Source: an uncultured Gemmatimonadales bacterium (GTDB lineage Bacteria > Gemmatimonadota > Gemmatimonadetes > Gemmatimonadales > GWC2-71-9). Taken from it: a DNA stretch of 64,000 nt. Each line of letters opens with the position of its first letter. Position 1 is the first letter of the stretch. Below the pieces are notes generated by a model, which saw nothing but the letters and a program-made list of their open reading frames with translations, ran no database searches and had not been told where the DNA came from. Positions 1 through 9,677 of the stretch are shown in pieces. Made by a program: the position numbers and the translations under genes. The DNA is taken from NCBI GenBank assembly GCA_963728915.1, contig CAVSLV010000001.1, forward strand, positions 1,248,001 to 1,312,000, read 5' to 3'.

Positions 1-127
1 CCGCCCCGATGGTGGCGCCGATGCCGAGGGCGGTGAGATGCCATTTGGTGAGAGTCCGCTTGAGACCGCCTCGCTCGCTCAGGTCGGTCTCGAATTCCGC
101 GACGGATTTCCGGCGCAGCAGCTGCAT
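1..127 (-). CDS. APC-family amino acid permease, N-terminus only (runs off window)
   Basis: Manual translation from ATG 127: MQLLRRKSVAEFETDLSERGGLKRTLTKWHLTALGIGATIGA, the typical LKRxL...GIGxxIGAG start of APC permeases. Confidence 0.8.
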   Translation of the reverse strand, partial: MQLLRRKSVAEFETDLSERGGLKRTLTKWHLTALGIGATIGA

Positions 128-140
128 GCGAGCTCCCGGC

Positions 141-902
141 TTAGAAGGAGAGGCGGACGATCGCGATCCCCGGAATCGCCTGACCCGCGGCATTCCGGGC
201 GGGCCGGAAGCGGTAGGCGCGCATGGCTTCTTCGAGCTTCTTTGCGTAGCCCCGATCGCCGACTTCGGGGATGAACACCACGCGTTCGACCCGCCCGTCC
301 GCGAGCACGAAGAAGTTAACGTCGATAGTCTGACCCCGCATGGTGCCGGGATAGTCGAAGGGCGGCAGGATCAGGCGGGTCGATTCGGGTGGACGCGCCC
401 GGCCCCGGGCCGAGTCGTTCGCCGCCACCACCCCGGTGCCCGCTCCGGAGCCGGGCCCACTACCAGGACCGGCGCCGGTCCCCGCTCCCCCGCCGGTGCC
501 GCCACCGGTGCCGGCTTCTCCGCCGGTATCCGTGGCTTTGGGCGTGGAGTCGATGACCGGCGCGGGCGGGGGAACCGGCACCAGGGGAATCTGCCGGGTT
601 ATGACGACCCGCGGAATCACCCGGGGCACGGCCACCGGCGGGCGCACTCTGGGTGTCGACGGCGGGACGTAGGCGGGCAAGCTCACCAGGGCGACCTGGC
701 GTCCGCCGCCACCGCCGGGGCGGCCGGTGGATTCCCTGGTCACATCGAGCCAGGGGCTGTCGCCCCGGGTGACCTCCACGACGATGAGCAACAGGATCAG
801 ATGCAAGATCAGGGAGAGCCAGACGCCCCACCGGAACCGTGAGGATTCCGGCATGGCGAGGCGCGGAGGCGGCAGCGGCGGAAGAACGATCGGTGCGGGC
901 AC
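141..902 (-). CDS. TonB-like energy transducer (TM helix, Pro/Gly linker, TonB C-terminal domain)
   Basis: SLILH TM motif, Pro- and Gly-rich linker, C-terminal YRFRPA motif. Confidence 0.75.
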   Translation of the reverse strand: MPAPIVLPPLPPPRLAMPESSRFRWGVWLSLILHLILLLIVVEVTRGDSPWLDVTRESTGRPGGGGGRQVALVSLPAYVPPSTPRVRPPVAVPRVIPRVVITRQIPLVPVPPPAPVIDSTPKATDTGGEAGTGGGTGGGAGTGAGPGSGPGSGAGTGVVAANDSARGRARPPESTRLILPPFDYPGTMRGQTIDVNFFVLADGRVERVVFIPEVGDRGYAKKLEEAMRAYRFRPARNAAGQAIPGIAIVRLSF

Positions 903-926
903 GTTCCAGTCTAACCAGACCCCGGG

Positions 927-954
927 AACAAAACAGGGGCCCGAAGGCCCCTGT
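927..954 (-). terminator. Intrinsic terminator after exbD
   Basis: Minus strand ACAGGGGCC-TTCG-GGCCCCTGT followed by TTTGTT: perfect 9-bp stem with UUCG loop. Confidence 0.85.
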
Positions 955-975
955 CAGTGGTGCGAAATACGCCGC

Positions 976-1380
976 TCAGGCCTTGGGCGTGAAGCCGATG
1001 ACCTCGATGCCGGCCCCCCGCACGATGTCCATGGCGTCGATGACATCCTGGTACTTCCGGTTCCCCGCCGCCTTGATGAAGAGCAGCTTGGCGGGCCGGG
1101 GATCGAAGATCGCGTGGATCTGGGTGGCAAGCTGATCCGCCGGCACCGGCTGCCCATTGATCGCGTAGCTCCCGTCTTCGGCGATCTGCAGCACGATCTG
1201 GGTGGACGGGGCGGTGCTCGTGCTCTGGACCGGCGGGGGTACCTGCACCGCGGTGATCATCCGTGACAGAGGCAGCGAGATCATGAAGATGATCAGGAGC
1301 ACCAGCAGGATGTCGATCATCGGGATCACATTGGGCTCGGAGCTGACGCCGCCTTGTGCGCCCCCGGCTGACATTGCCAT
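976..1380 (-). CDS. exbD: Biopolymer transporter ExbD/TolR
   Basis: EPNVIPMIDILLVLLIIFM motif with the conserved TM Asp. Confidence 0.9.
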   Translation of the reverse strand: MAMSAGGAQGGVSSEPNVIPMIDILLVLLIIFMISLPLSRMITAVQVPPPVQSTSTAPSTQIVLQIAEDGSYAINGQPVPADQLATQIHAIFDPRPAKLLFIKAAGNRKYQDVIDAMDIVRGAGIEVIGFTPKA

Positions 1381-1395
1381 GGTTCGCGTTCCTTT

Positions 1396-1848
1396 CTACT
1401 GAGGCGGGGCAACCCCGCAGTTGCCCCGGTCCTTGCATTCGACGATCGCCTTCATCATTCGCACGCCGGCCCGCCGCGCAATTTCCACCGCATCCTGAAT
1501 CTTTTCGAACGCGAGGTCCTTGTCGGCCCGGAAGTACATGATCTTGTCTTCCGTATGGGTCGTGGCGTAGATGCTCCGGAGCTGGTCCTCCAGCAGGTCG
1601 GCCGGGATCGGCTGACTGTTGAGGAAATACCCGCCCGCCGCATCGATCCCCAGCACGACTTCATTCTCGCCCTCGGGGTCCTTGGCGAGGTTCTGCCCGC
1701 TCGGCATGACGGCCTTGAACCCGGCCGCCAGCAGCGGCGTCACGATCATGAAGATGATCAACAGCACCAGCATGATGTCGATCATGGGGATGACGTTGGG
1801 CTCAGACTTGACCGCAGTCTGGCCCGCCCGCTCAACTGATGTGCCCAC
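1396..1848 (-). CDS. exbD: Biopolymer transporter ExbD/TolR (second paralog)
   Basis: EPNVIPMIDIMLVLLIIFM and RADK motifs. Confidence 0.9.
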   Translation of the reverse strand: MGTSVERAGQTAVKSEPNVIPMIDIMLVLLIIFMIVTPLLAAGFKAVMPSGQNLAKDPEGENEVVLGIDAAGGYFLNSQPIPADLLEDQLRSIYATTHTEDKIMYFRADKDLAFEKIQDAVEIARRAGVRMMKAIVECKDRGNCGVAPPQ

Positions 1849-2578
1849 TGCCGCTCACCGCCTTCTGGGCCTGAAACTCCTTGGTGAAGATCGAGCGGCC
1901 GAACTCGCTGCCGACGCTCTTGATGAGGTAGTCGATCAGCTCCTTCGACGTGTAGGTCATCTCGACCGTCAGGTTCTCGACCTTGGTGGTGAAGTAGTTG
2001 TAGAACCACACCGCCGGGATCGCGACGAACAGGCCCAGCGCGGTGGTGATCAGGGCTTCCGAAATACCCTTCGAGATCCCGGCCAGTCCGCCCGAGGTGC
2101 CGCCCGCGTTGATCGCGGCGAACGACTGGACGATACCCATCGTGGTGCCGAGCAGTCCGACGAACGGCGCGGTGGATCCCACCGTCGCCAGAATGCCGAG
2201 GCCCCGCTTGAACTCGGAGAGCACGATCAGCATCTGGCGTTCCACCGCGCGTTCGGCGGAGTTGATATCGGCCGCGGTAATGGTGGCCCGGTCCCGCAGC
2301 AGCGGCTTGACCTCCTGGAGCGCCCCGCCCAGCACGCGGGACACGTGGCTGCCCTGATTCTTCTCGGAGAGGGTGATCGCGGTATCGAGCTGCTCTTCCT
2401 GAATGGCGCGGGAGAACTGGGGCGCGAACTTGCGGGTGGCCACCGTGCTCTTCCGCACCTGCCACATCTTGTTCAGCGCCATGGTCAGGGAGATGAACGA
2501 CATGATGAGGAGCACGACCACGATGCCCTTGGCGAAGGGACCGGCATCGTGCCACAGACCGAGAATATCTACACCCAT
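1832..2578 (-). CDS. exbB: MotA/TolQ/ExbB proton channel
   Basis: ATVGSTAPFVGLLGTT and GISEALITTALGL motifs. Confidence 0.92.
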   Translation of the reverse strand: MGVDILGLWHDAGPFAKGIVVVLLIMSFISLTMALNKMWQVRKSTVATRKFAPQFSRAIQEEQLDTAITLSEKNQGSHVSRVLGGALQEVKPLLRDRATITAADINSAERAVERQMLIVLSEFKRGLGILATVGSTAPFVGLLGTTMGIVQSFAAINAGGTSGGLAGISKGISEALITTALGLFVAIPAVWFYNYFTTKVENLTVEMTYTSKELIDYLIKSVGSEFGRSIFTKEFQAQKAVSGSGHIS

Positions 2579-2605
2579 GTTGAACTCCTTCGACGGGAAA
2601 AAGGA

Positions 2606-3307
2606 TTACTGGCCAATCGTGAAGCCGAATCGCTGCTGCACCAGCTGCCGGACCGCCCGGCCCTTGATACGGGCCGGTTTGAACACGCTCTTGAGGACCG
2701 CTTCCTTGGCCGGGGCCTCGAATTGCGGGTGGCTCGACCGGATCACATGCCAGCTCGCGGGCTCGGCGTGCCCGGTGGTATCGACCACGAACTGCGCTTC
2801 GACGAAGCCCTGGACTCCGGCCTGCTGGAGCACTGGCGGGTAGCGGGGCCGCGGCTGGTTGATCGGCGCGACCGGATCATCCACCTGCTCGGCCAGGAAC
2901 GCCTCACCGGTCACCGGACCAGTGCCGCCGGCGATGCCGGTGGCCACGCCCCCTTCCACACCCTTCCCAGTGAAGTCCGCGGCGTTGAATCGCTCGTTCA
3001 GATTCACCGGCGGGATTTCCTTGGGGATTTCATTCGGCGGCATCACCGTCTGGAATCCGAGGGGCGGTGGATTCGCGGTGACGACGACATCGGGAGGGGG
3101 CGGTTCAGGCGGGGGCGGCGGAGGGGGCTCCGGCGGCTTGAGGAAGACCATGTTGGTGTCCGCCAGGATCTTGCTCATCTGCTCCGCCGCGCCCCTGGTC
3201 GCGACGATCGCGCCGAACCCCAGCACCACGTGGAGGATCGCCGAAATGACAATCTGGCTCCTGGTCCTGATCTTCCTGGGTTTCGATTCGATCAGGTTTT
3301 CGAACAT
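2606..3307 (-). CDS. tonB: Energy transducer TonB
   Basis: SAILH TM motif, poly-Pro linker, PRYP...FVVDTTG...FKPA C-terminal domain. Confidence 0.9.
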   Translation of the reverse strand: MFENLIESKPRKIRTRSQIVISAILHVVLGFGAIVATRGAAEQMSKILADTNMVFLKPPEPPPPPPPEPPPPDVVVTANPPPLGFQTVMPPNEIPKEIPPVNLNERFNAADFTGKGVEGGVATGIAGGTGPVTGEAFLAEQVDDPVAPINQPRPRYPPVLQQAGVQGFVEAQFVVDTTGHAEPASWHVIRSSHPQFEAPAKEAVLKSVFKPARIKGRAVRQLVQQRFGFTIGQ

Positions 3308-3354
3308 GCAGTTGCCTCCGCGGGTCGCTGCCTACAGACAATAACGTACGGCAA

Positions 3355-3394
3355 GTGGCACTGAGGTCACCACCGCATGACAATTCGATGACAA
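3355..3394 (-). promoter_or_regulatory. OmpR/PhoB-type direct-repeat binding site upstream of tonB
   Basis: TTGTCAT-N4-TTGTCAT on minus strand (3394-3388, 3383-3377) plus two degenerate half-sites at the same 11-bp period. Confidence 0.55.
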
Positions 3395-3399
3395 AACGG

Positions 3400-4875
3400 T
3401 TAGGAGACGCTTACACCGGGTGGATTCCGGGGCAGCGTCACGAGGAACTGGGTACCCCGACCGGGGCGGCTCTGCACCGCTATGGTGCCTCCATGGGCCT
3501 CAGCCACCCATTTGGTGATGGCCAGTCCGAGGCCGGTTCCCGGGCGTTCCCCTTCCCGGGATCGGGCCGGGTCTGCCCGCCAGAAGCGGTCGAATATATG
3601 CGGCAGGTCGCCCGCCGCAATGCCGATCCCGGTATCCGAAACCGTGATGACCAAACCGCTCTCCTGCTCCTCGAGCTGAATCGTGACCTGCCCGCCGGCC
3701 GGGGTGTACTTGACTGCGTTGGTGACCAGATTGAGCAGGAGCTGCCGGATGCGGTTGCGGTCGGCCCGGAAGGGCACCGCCCCGGGAGCCAGCGTCGTGG
3801 TGACCCTGAGACCGGCGGATTCTCCCAGAATGCTGGCGGTCTCGCCCGCCTCCTCCACGAGGCTCCGCAGGTCGCAGTCCTCGAGCGCGAGGGGCAAGCG
3901 GCCCTCGTCGGCGCGCGCCAGCGTGAGCAGGCTATCGACCAGCTCGGTCATCAGGTTGATCTGGTCGAGCGATTCGTCGAGCGCCTGGAGGCTCTCGGCG
4001 GGAGTGCCGGGGTGACGGAGCGCTCGTTCGACCCCGGCGCGGAGCACCATGATCGGGGTTTTCAGCTCGTGACTGGCCTCGGCGGTGAATCGGTGCAGCG
4101 CCGAGAAGCTGCGTTCGAGCCGCTCGAACATGCGGTTCACCGCGGTGCCGAGGCGGGCCACCTCGTCGCCCCGGGGATCGACCACCACCCGCCGATGGAG
4201 GCTCCGTCCATCGGTGATGGCTTCCAGCTCGCGCACCATTTCTCCCAGGGGCGCCATGCTGCGTCCCGCGATCCAGCCACCCAGCAGCACCGACGCCAGC
4301 AGGATGAGCGGAGCGATCGCCAGCATCACGGACAGGAGGTCCTGGGCGACCAGTCCGCTGGGTGGGCTGGGCGCCGCCACCAGGACCGCGGCGATCCCGG
4401 GCCCGGCCCCCCGGATCATGCGGAGATGGAACCGGCTGGCCCCGGTCCGTTCGCTGAAGCGATACTCCCCCGAGGAGGAGCCGCCGAACGGCGGACGGGC
4501 CGGGGCCAGGAAGCTTTCGAACTGGTCGACCCGGAGCTGGGCGGCGGAATCGGAAGCGAACAGGACCCCTCCGCTCGAGTCGACCACCGCGAGATAGTCC
4601 TGAATGCTCTCGAAATAGGACGCGATCGACGGCTCCAGAACCGCCCGGGCATCGTGACGCTCCTGACTCACGATCCGGCCCAGCACCCGGTAGGACTCCT
4701 CGAGATACCTGGCGGAGAGATCGGCTTCGAGCAGGAGGCGTTGCTGAAGGCGGGCGTCGAGGCTCCGCTGGTTGCTGCGCTGCCAGGCGAAGAAAAGGAG
4801 GGCCCCGAATACGATCATGGTGATCACCAGGGCCACCACGTAGCCCAGGGTCAGCCGCCAGCGGATGGAAGGCAC
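3400..4875 (-). CDS. HAMP-domain sensor histidine kinase
   Basis: Two TM helices, HAMP, ASHELKTP H-box, N/G1/F/G2 boxes. Confidence 0.92.
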   Translation of the reverse strand: MPSIRWRLTLGYVVALVITMIVFGALLFFAWQRSNQRSLDARLQQRLLLEADLSARYLEESYRVLGRIVSQERHDARAVLEPSIASYFESIQDYLAVVDSSGGVLFASDSAAQLRVDQFESFLAPARPPFGGSSSGEYRFSERTGASRFHLRMIRGAGPGIAAVLVAAPSPPSGLVAQDLLSVMLAIAPLILLASVLLGGWIAGRSMAPLGEMVRELEAITDGRSLHRRVVVDPRGDEVARLGTAVNRMFERLERSFSALHRFTAEASHELKTPIMVLRAGVERALRHPGTPAESLQALDESLDQINLMTELVDSLLTLARADEGRLPLALEDCDLRSLVEEAGETASILGESAGLRVTTTLAPGAVPFRADRNRIRQLLLNLVTNAVKYTPAGGQVTIQLEEQESGLVITVSDTGIGIAAGDLPHIFDRFWRADPARSREGERPGTGLGLAITKWVAEAHGGTIAVQSRPGRGTQFLVTLPRNPPGVSVS

Positions 4876-4876
4876 G

Positions 4877-5545
4877 TCAGGGCCGGATCACGTAGCCCAC
4901 GCCCCGGACGGTGTGCAGCAGTTTCCGTTGTTGTCCGGAATCGAGTTTCTTGCGCAGGCGGTTGATCACCACGTCGACGATGTTGGTGCCGGGATCGAAG
5001 TGGTAGTCCCAGGCGTACTCGGTGATCAGGGTCCGGGACATGACCCGGGGGGAGTGCCGCATCAGGTACTCGAGCACCGCGTATTCCTTGGGGGTGAGCT
5101 CGGCCTCCTTGCCGCCCCGGCGCACCTCGTGGGTATTCCGGTCGAGCTCCAGGTCCCCCACCTGCAGACGGGTCGAGGACAGCTGCTTGGGCCGCCGCGA
5201 CAAGGCCTCGACCCGGGCGAGCACTTCCTCCAGGGAGAACGGCTTGGTGACGTAGTCGTCCGCGCCGGCACGCAGGGCATCGACCTTCTGGCCCACGGCA
5301 TCCTGGGCGGTGAGGATCAGAATCGGGGTTGGATTGCCGCGGTCCCGGAGGGTTCGCAGCACTTCGAGCCCGCTCATCCCGGGGAGGCGGAGATCGAGCA
5401 CGACGACGTCATAGAGCTCCCCCGACGCGAGCCGCAGGGCCTCCAGTCCATCGGTCACCAGGTCGGCGTGATACTGGGCCTCCTCGAGACCACGCCGGAG
5501 ATACTGTCCCACGGTCCGGTCGTCCTCGACCACCAGCACCTTCAC
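4877..5545 (-). CDS. OmpR-family response regulator
   Basis: VVEDD...VLDLRLP receiver domain; TVRGVGY winged helix. Confidence 0.95.
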   Translation of the reverse strand: MKVLVVEDDRTVGQYLRRGLEEAQYHADLVTDGLEALRLASGELYDVVVLDLRLPGMSGLEVLRTLRDRGNPTPILILTAQDAVGQKVDALRAGADDYVTKPFSLEEVLARVEALSRRPKQLSSTRLQVGDLELDRNTHEVRRGGKEAELTPKEYAVLEYLMRHSPRVMSRTLITEYAWDYHFDPGTNIVDVVINRLRKKLDSGQQRKLLHTVRGVGYVIRP

Positions 5546-7068
5546 GCCGGCACCCCGATCGCGACCGGGAGATAGACCCGGAAGCTGCTCCCCAGCCCGG
5601 GCTCGGAGTCGACCTCGATCCGGCCGCGGTGCTGCTCCACGATCCCGTAGCAGATCGAAAGCCCTAACCCGGTCCCCCGGCCCGGGGGCTTGGTGGTGTA
5701 GAAGGGTTCGAAGATCTTGGGGAGCACCGCGGCCGGGATGCCATGTCCGGTGTCGCGCACCTCGATCGCGACCTCGTCGGACCGGGCCGGATTCACCCGG
5801 GTCGCGACGGTCAGGACCCCGCCCTCCTCCATCGAATCCACCCCGTTGAGCATCAGGGCCATGAGGACCTGCACCATCTGCTCGTCGTTGGCCAGCACCG
5901 GCGGAAGTTCCGGGGCGAGCTGCCGTTCCACCGTGATGCGCCGGAACCGGCGATGATGCTTGAGCAGGAACAGGGTCTGTTCGACCAGGTCGTTCACCGC
6001 GGTGGCCCGCTTGGGCGCGGCCTCCTTGGGCCGGCTGAAGTCGAGCAGCCCGTCCACGATCCGGGTGCAGCGGTCGACCTCCTTATCGATGATCTCGAGG
6101 TATTCCCGGACGGTTCCATCGGCGGCCTCTCCCAGCCGCGCCTCGATGGCGGCCACGCAGGCGCCGATGGTGGCGAGCGGGTTATTGATCTCGTGCATCA
6201 CGCCCGCCGCGAGCTGGCCCACCGCGGCGAGCTTCTCGCTCTGAAGGATCTTCTGCTGGACCTGCCGCGCCTCGGTGACATCCTCGCCGATCGTGATGAC
6301 GTGGGAGACCTCGTCCCCGGCGAGGCGCATCGGAATCCGGCTGATCCGGTAGACCCGCACGTCCGGAGAAGGTTCCCCCCGGACCTCGATCTCCATTTGC
6401 TGGAGCTCGCCCGATCGAAACACCCGGTCGAATTCCGCCTTGAGCTGCGCCGCCGGCTGCCGGGTCAGCACTTCGAAGACCGGTCGCCCCATGACGTCGG
6501 TGCGCCGGAGTCCCTGGGTGCCCAGCTCCCGTTTCCGGTTCCAGACCTGAATCCGGTATTCCCGGTCGATCACGTAGAGTCCCACCGGCAGGCTGTCGAT
6601 GATGAGGCTGGTAAAGCGGCGCTGGCCTTCGATCTCCCGGGCCCCGCTCGCCACCTCGAGTGCCAGGTCCTGGGAACGGGTGAGCGCATCGAGGTAGGGA
6701 GCGAGCAAATCGCAAGCAATCGCAATGATCGGCGATTCGAAAGGCGTCGAGTCGCCGTCGAACGCCAGCTCCAGCAGGCCGACCCGGACCCCGCCGTGAA
6801 TCAGGGGAAGACGGCGGGTCCCCCGCGCCGGTGGGGGCAGGCTGTCGAGCGATTCCGCTTCGAACTCACCGGTCGGAGCGGTGAGCCCGAAGTAGACGGC
6901 CTCTCCATGGCGCCGCCGCCAGATCACCACCTGGCGGGCCCCCGTCGCGGCCTGAACCGTGGCCGATACGGTGCGGAGCGCCTCGTCGGCGGCCAGGCCG
7001 CTGTTCAGCACCCGGGCGACCTGCCCGACCACTTCGAACGCGGATCGGGCCCCCACCACTTCGCTCAT
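5542..7068 (-). CDS. Cytoplasmic GAF/PAS histidine kinase (NtrB-like)
   Basis: PAS region, GVMHEINNPL H-box, FEPFYTTK and GTGLGL; no TM helix. Confidence 0.9.
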   Translation of the reverse strand: MSEVVGARSAFEVVGQVARVLNSGLAADEALRTVSATVQAATGARQVVIWRRRHGEAVYFGLTAPTGEFEAESLDSLPPPARGTRRLPLIHGGVRVGLLELAFDGDSTPFESPIIAIACDLLAPYLDALTRSQDLALEVASGAREIEGQRRFTSLIIDSLPVGLYVIDREYRIQVWNRKRELGTQGLRRTDVMGRPVFEVLTRQPAAQLKAEFDRVFRSGELQQMEIEVRGEPSPDVRVYRISRIPMRLAGDEVSHVITIGEDVTEARQVQQKILQSEKLAAVGQLAAGVMHEINNPLATIGACVAAIEARLGEAADGTVREYLEIIDKEVDRCTRIVDGLLDFSRPKEAAPKRATAVNDLVEQTLFLLKHHRRFRRITVERQLAPELPPVLANDEQMVQVLMALMLNGVDSMEEGGVLTVATRVNPARSDEVAIEVRDTGHGIPAAVLPKIFEPFYTTKPPGRGTGLGLSICYGIVEQHRGRIEVDSEPGLGSSFRVYLPVAIGVPA

Positions 7069-7092
7069 GCAGTGCCTCGCGGATTCCCAATT

Positions 7093-7665
7093 CTAATTCG
7101 ACCCTGGATCGATCTCCGTCCCCGACGTCCGGCCCAGAAAGAAGGTCACCTCGTGCTGCGCCCCCACCGTGAAGATCGCCAGGTCGGAGTCAACCGGGGT
7201 CTCGTCGATCGTCACCTGGGCCACCGGGCCCCGGTTCCGGATCCGCACCGAGAACGGAACCGGAGGGCCGAACGAAACGTCGAATCGAACCGTCACCCAT
7301 TCAGCCCGGGAGCGAACCTCGAGATCGAGGATGGTGCGATGACAACGGAGGCGCCGCAGCGCCATGGACCGCCAGGAGGCCGGCACCCACGGACGGGTTT
7401 CGAAGCGCCCGCCCGCGCCGTCGGCCTGGACGCCGAAGAGGCCCTCGACCACCCGATGAATGAATTGGTACGGGTCGAGCCCGGTCGCGGGTCCGACCCG
7501 GCGAAAGGATTCGGAGGCCTCGAGGAGGTCTTCGAACTCGTCGTCGTCCCAGCGCTGAGTCCGGCCCGGCTCGGCCCGCACCGCGGCGGGGGTGAGCCGG
7601 ACCGCCCAGGCAAATGCCTGGTTGAGCGCCGGGGCAGGTGTATCGACGAGCGGCGGGCGATTCAG
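7093..7665 (-). CDS. Hypothetical protein resembling a glycoside-hydrolase C-terminal beta domain
   Basis: GLFGV...PWVPASW pattern; likely CTG start overlapping the sodA stop (CTGA); start uncertain. Confidence 0.5.
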   Translation of the reverse strand: MNRPPLVDTPAPALNQAFAWAVRLTPAAVRAEPGRTQRWDDDEFEDLLEASESFRRVGPATGLDPYQFIHRVVEGLFGVQADGAGGRFETRPWVPASWRSMALRRLRCHRTILDLEVRSRAEWVTVRFDVSFGPPVPFSVRIRNRGPVAQVTIDETPVDSDLAIFTVGAQHEVTFFLGRTSGTEIDPGSN

Positions 7666-8267
7666 CCCTGGAAGCTCGCCGCGACGGCAGTCCAGTTCAC
7701 CACATTCCACCACGCGGTGAGGTAGTCGGCCCGCCGGTTCTGATACTTGAGATAGTAGGCGTGCTCCCAGACATCGCAGCCGAGCACCGCGTGCTTGCCA
7801 TCCATCAGCGGGTTGTCCTGATTGGGCGTGCTCTCAATCGCGAGCTTCCCATCTTTCCCTCGCACCAGCCAGGCCCAGCCGCTCCCGAACCGGTCGAGTC
7901 CCGCCTTCTGAAATTGTTCCTTGAACTTGTGGAGCCCGCCCAAGGCCCCGTCGATCTCCTTCCGCAGAGCTCCCTCCGGGGCCTTGGCCCCTCCCGGCGT
8001 CATCCAGCTCCAGAACAGGGAATGGTTGAGATGCCCGCCTCCGTTGTTCCGAACCTTGCCGCGAATCCCCTCGGGGACCTGGTCGAGACTCTGGACCAGC
8101 TGCTCGATCGGAAGGTTCTGCAGGGACGCCTGTCCCTCGAGCGCGGCGTTGAGATTGGTAACGTACGCCTGATGGTGCTTCCCGTGATGGATCCGCATGG
8201 TCGTCTCATCGATATGCGGCTCCAGCGCGTTGAACTCGAAAGGAAGCGGCGGAAGCGTGTAGGCCAT
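7662..8267 (-). CDS. sodA: Superoxide dismutase [Mn/Fe]
   Basis: MAYTLPPLP start, [23 protein letters not shown]. Confidence 0.96.
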   Translation of the reverse strand: MAYTLPPLPFEFNALEPHIDETTMRIHHGKHHQAYVTNLNAALEGQASLQNLPIEQLVQSLDQVPEGIRGKVRNNGGGHLNHSLFWSWMTPGGAKAPEGALRKEIDGALGGLHKFKEQFQKAGLDRFGSGWAWLVRGKDGKLAIESTPNQDNPLMDGKHAVLGCDVWEHAYYLKYQNRRADYLTAWWNVVNWTAVAASFQG

Positions 8268-8332
8268 TGGAATCCCCCCGTGGATTGACCGCGTCAATAT
8301 AAACGGCGCTCGCCGGCGAAGTCGCACATCGG

Positions 8333-9550
8333 TTAACGCGCCGGGGGGCCGTCGAGCTCGGCGATGGTCCTGGTGCTGGGGGCCCGTTCCCGGGAGAGCC
8401 GCGCGGCGACCTGCTCGGCCTGCGTCATGACCCGGAGCAGGTTCTCGCCGGCGAGTTTCCGGAGATCCGCCTCGGTCCAGCCCCGTCTGGCCAGCTCGAG
8501 GAACAGGGCCGGAAAGGTGGACACATCCTCCAGGCCCTGAACCGTTTCGGTGATCCCGTCAAAGTCGCTGCCGATCCCAACGTGATCCACGCCGGCCACC
8601 TGCCGAATGTGATCGATGTGATTGGCCACATCGGCGATGGTGGCCCGGGGCGCCGGGTGCGCGGCACGCCAGGCGGGACTCGAATCGGAGTACGCCTTGA
8701 CCGCCGGGGAGACGAAACCGGGCACGAACGGAACCATGACCACGCCACCATTTCGAGCCACCCGCACGAGAATGGAATCGGGAACGTTGCGGGGGTGATC
8801 GACCAGCGCGCGGGCGCCGGAGTGGGAGAAGATGACCGGCGCTTCCGACACGGTGAGCGCATCGCTCATGGTGCCCGGGGAAACATGGGCAAGATCCACC
8901 AGCATGCCGAGCCGGTTCATCTCCCGCACCACTTCCTCGCCGAATCTGGTGAGGCCACCGTGCTTCGCGGTGTCGAGCGCGGCATCGGCCCAGTCCAGCG
9001 TCACATTGTGCGTGAGGGTCATGTAGCGAACCCCGAGATCGTAGTAGGCCCGAAGCGCTCCAAGCGAATTCTCGATCGCGTGTCCGCCTTCCATGCCGAG
9101 CAGCGATCCGATCCGGCCGTCGCTGAAGGCGCTCCGGATTCCGGACGCCGTCGTGACGAAACGCAGCGCCTCGGGGTATTTCGCGATGAAGCGTCGGGCG
9201 ATGTCGATTTCCTCGAGCTGCACCCGGGCATACCCGGAGTCCTTGATCTCGCCAGGGATGTACACCGACCAGAACTGGGCGCCCACCATGCCGGCGCGCA
9301 GCCTCGCAAGATCGGTGTGTCCGGGGGTGTGGTGACGAAGGTCATAGGCCTCGACGTCCCGGCTCATGGTGGAGTCCTCCCGGATCCTCCAGGCCAGGTC
9401 GTTGTGGCCGTCGATGAGCGGGGTGGACCGGAGCACCCGGCGCACCATGGCGGCAGGGGTGTCCTGCCCTTGAGACACCGGAGCGAGGGCGAGGCACCAC
9501 ACCGGCGCCATCCGGATCAACGCTGTGCAACTTCGGCGAAACATGTTCAC
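8333..9550 (-). CDS. Membrane dipeptidase (M19) with signal peptide
   Basis: [34 protein letters not shown]. Confidence 0.93.
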   Translation of the reverse strand: MNMFRRSCTALIRMAPVWCLALAPVSQGQDTPAAMVRRVLRSTPLIDGHNDLAWRIREDSTMSRDVEAYDLRHHTPGHTDLARLRAGMVGAQFWSVYIPGEIKDSGYARVQLEEIDIARRFIAKYPEALRFVTTASGIRSAFSDGRIGSLLGMEGGHAIENSLGALRAYYDLGVRYMTLTHNVTLDWADAALDTAKHGGLTRFGEEVVREMNRLGMLVDLAHVSPGTMSDALTVSEAPVIFSHSGARALVDHPRNVPDSILVRVARNGGVVMVPFVPGFVSPAVKAYSDSSPAWRAAHPAPRATIADVANHIDHIRQVAGVDHVGIGSDFDGITETVQGLEDVSTFPALFLELARRGWTEADLRKLAGENLLRVMTQAEQVAARLSRERAPSTRTIAELDGPPAR

Positions 9551-9677
9551 GAAAACCTCCCGAGGGTTCGTGCTGCCTGAAAGGTACGAATACGTCGCCG
9601 AAAGAGGAGGGTGGAAATCAACCCCGGTACGGGGATTGCAGCAGCATGCTACCAGGTCCGCCCCGAAGGAGGTCCCC

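Noticed and set aside
420..600. Repetitive GCC/ACC/CCG tract
   Set aside because: Encodes the Gly/Thr/Pro linker of the TonB-like protein; no repeat-spacer structure, so not CRISPR
1619..7725. Long plus-strand ORFs (581, 536 and 660 aa)
   Set aside because: Antisense shadows of well-supported minus-strand genes, expected in high-GC DNA; the same applies to most overlapping ORFs in the track
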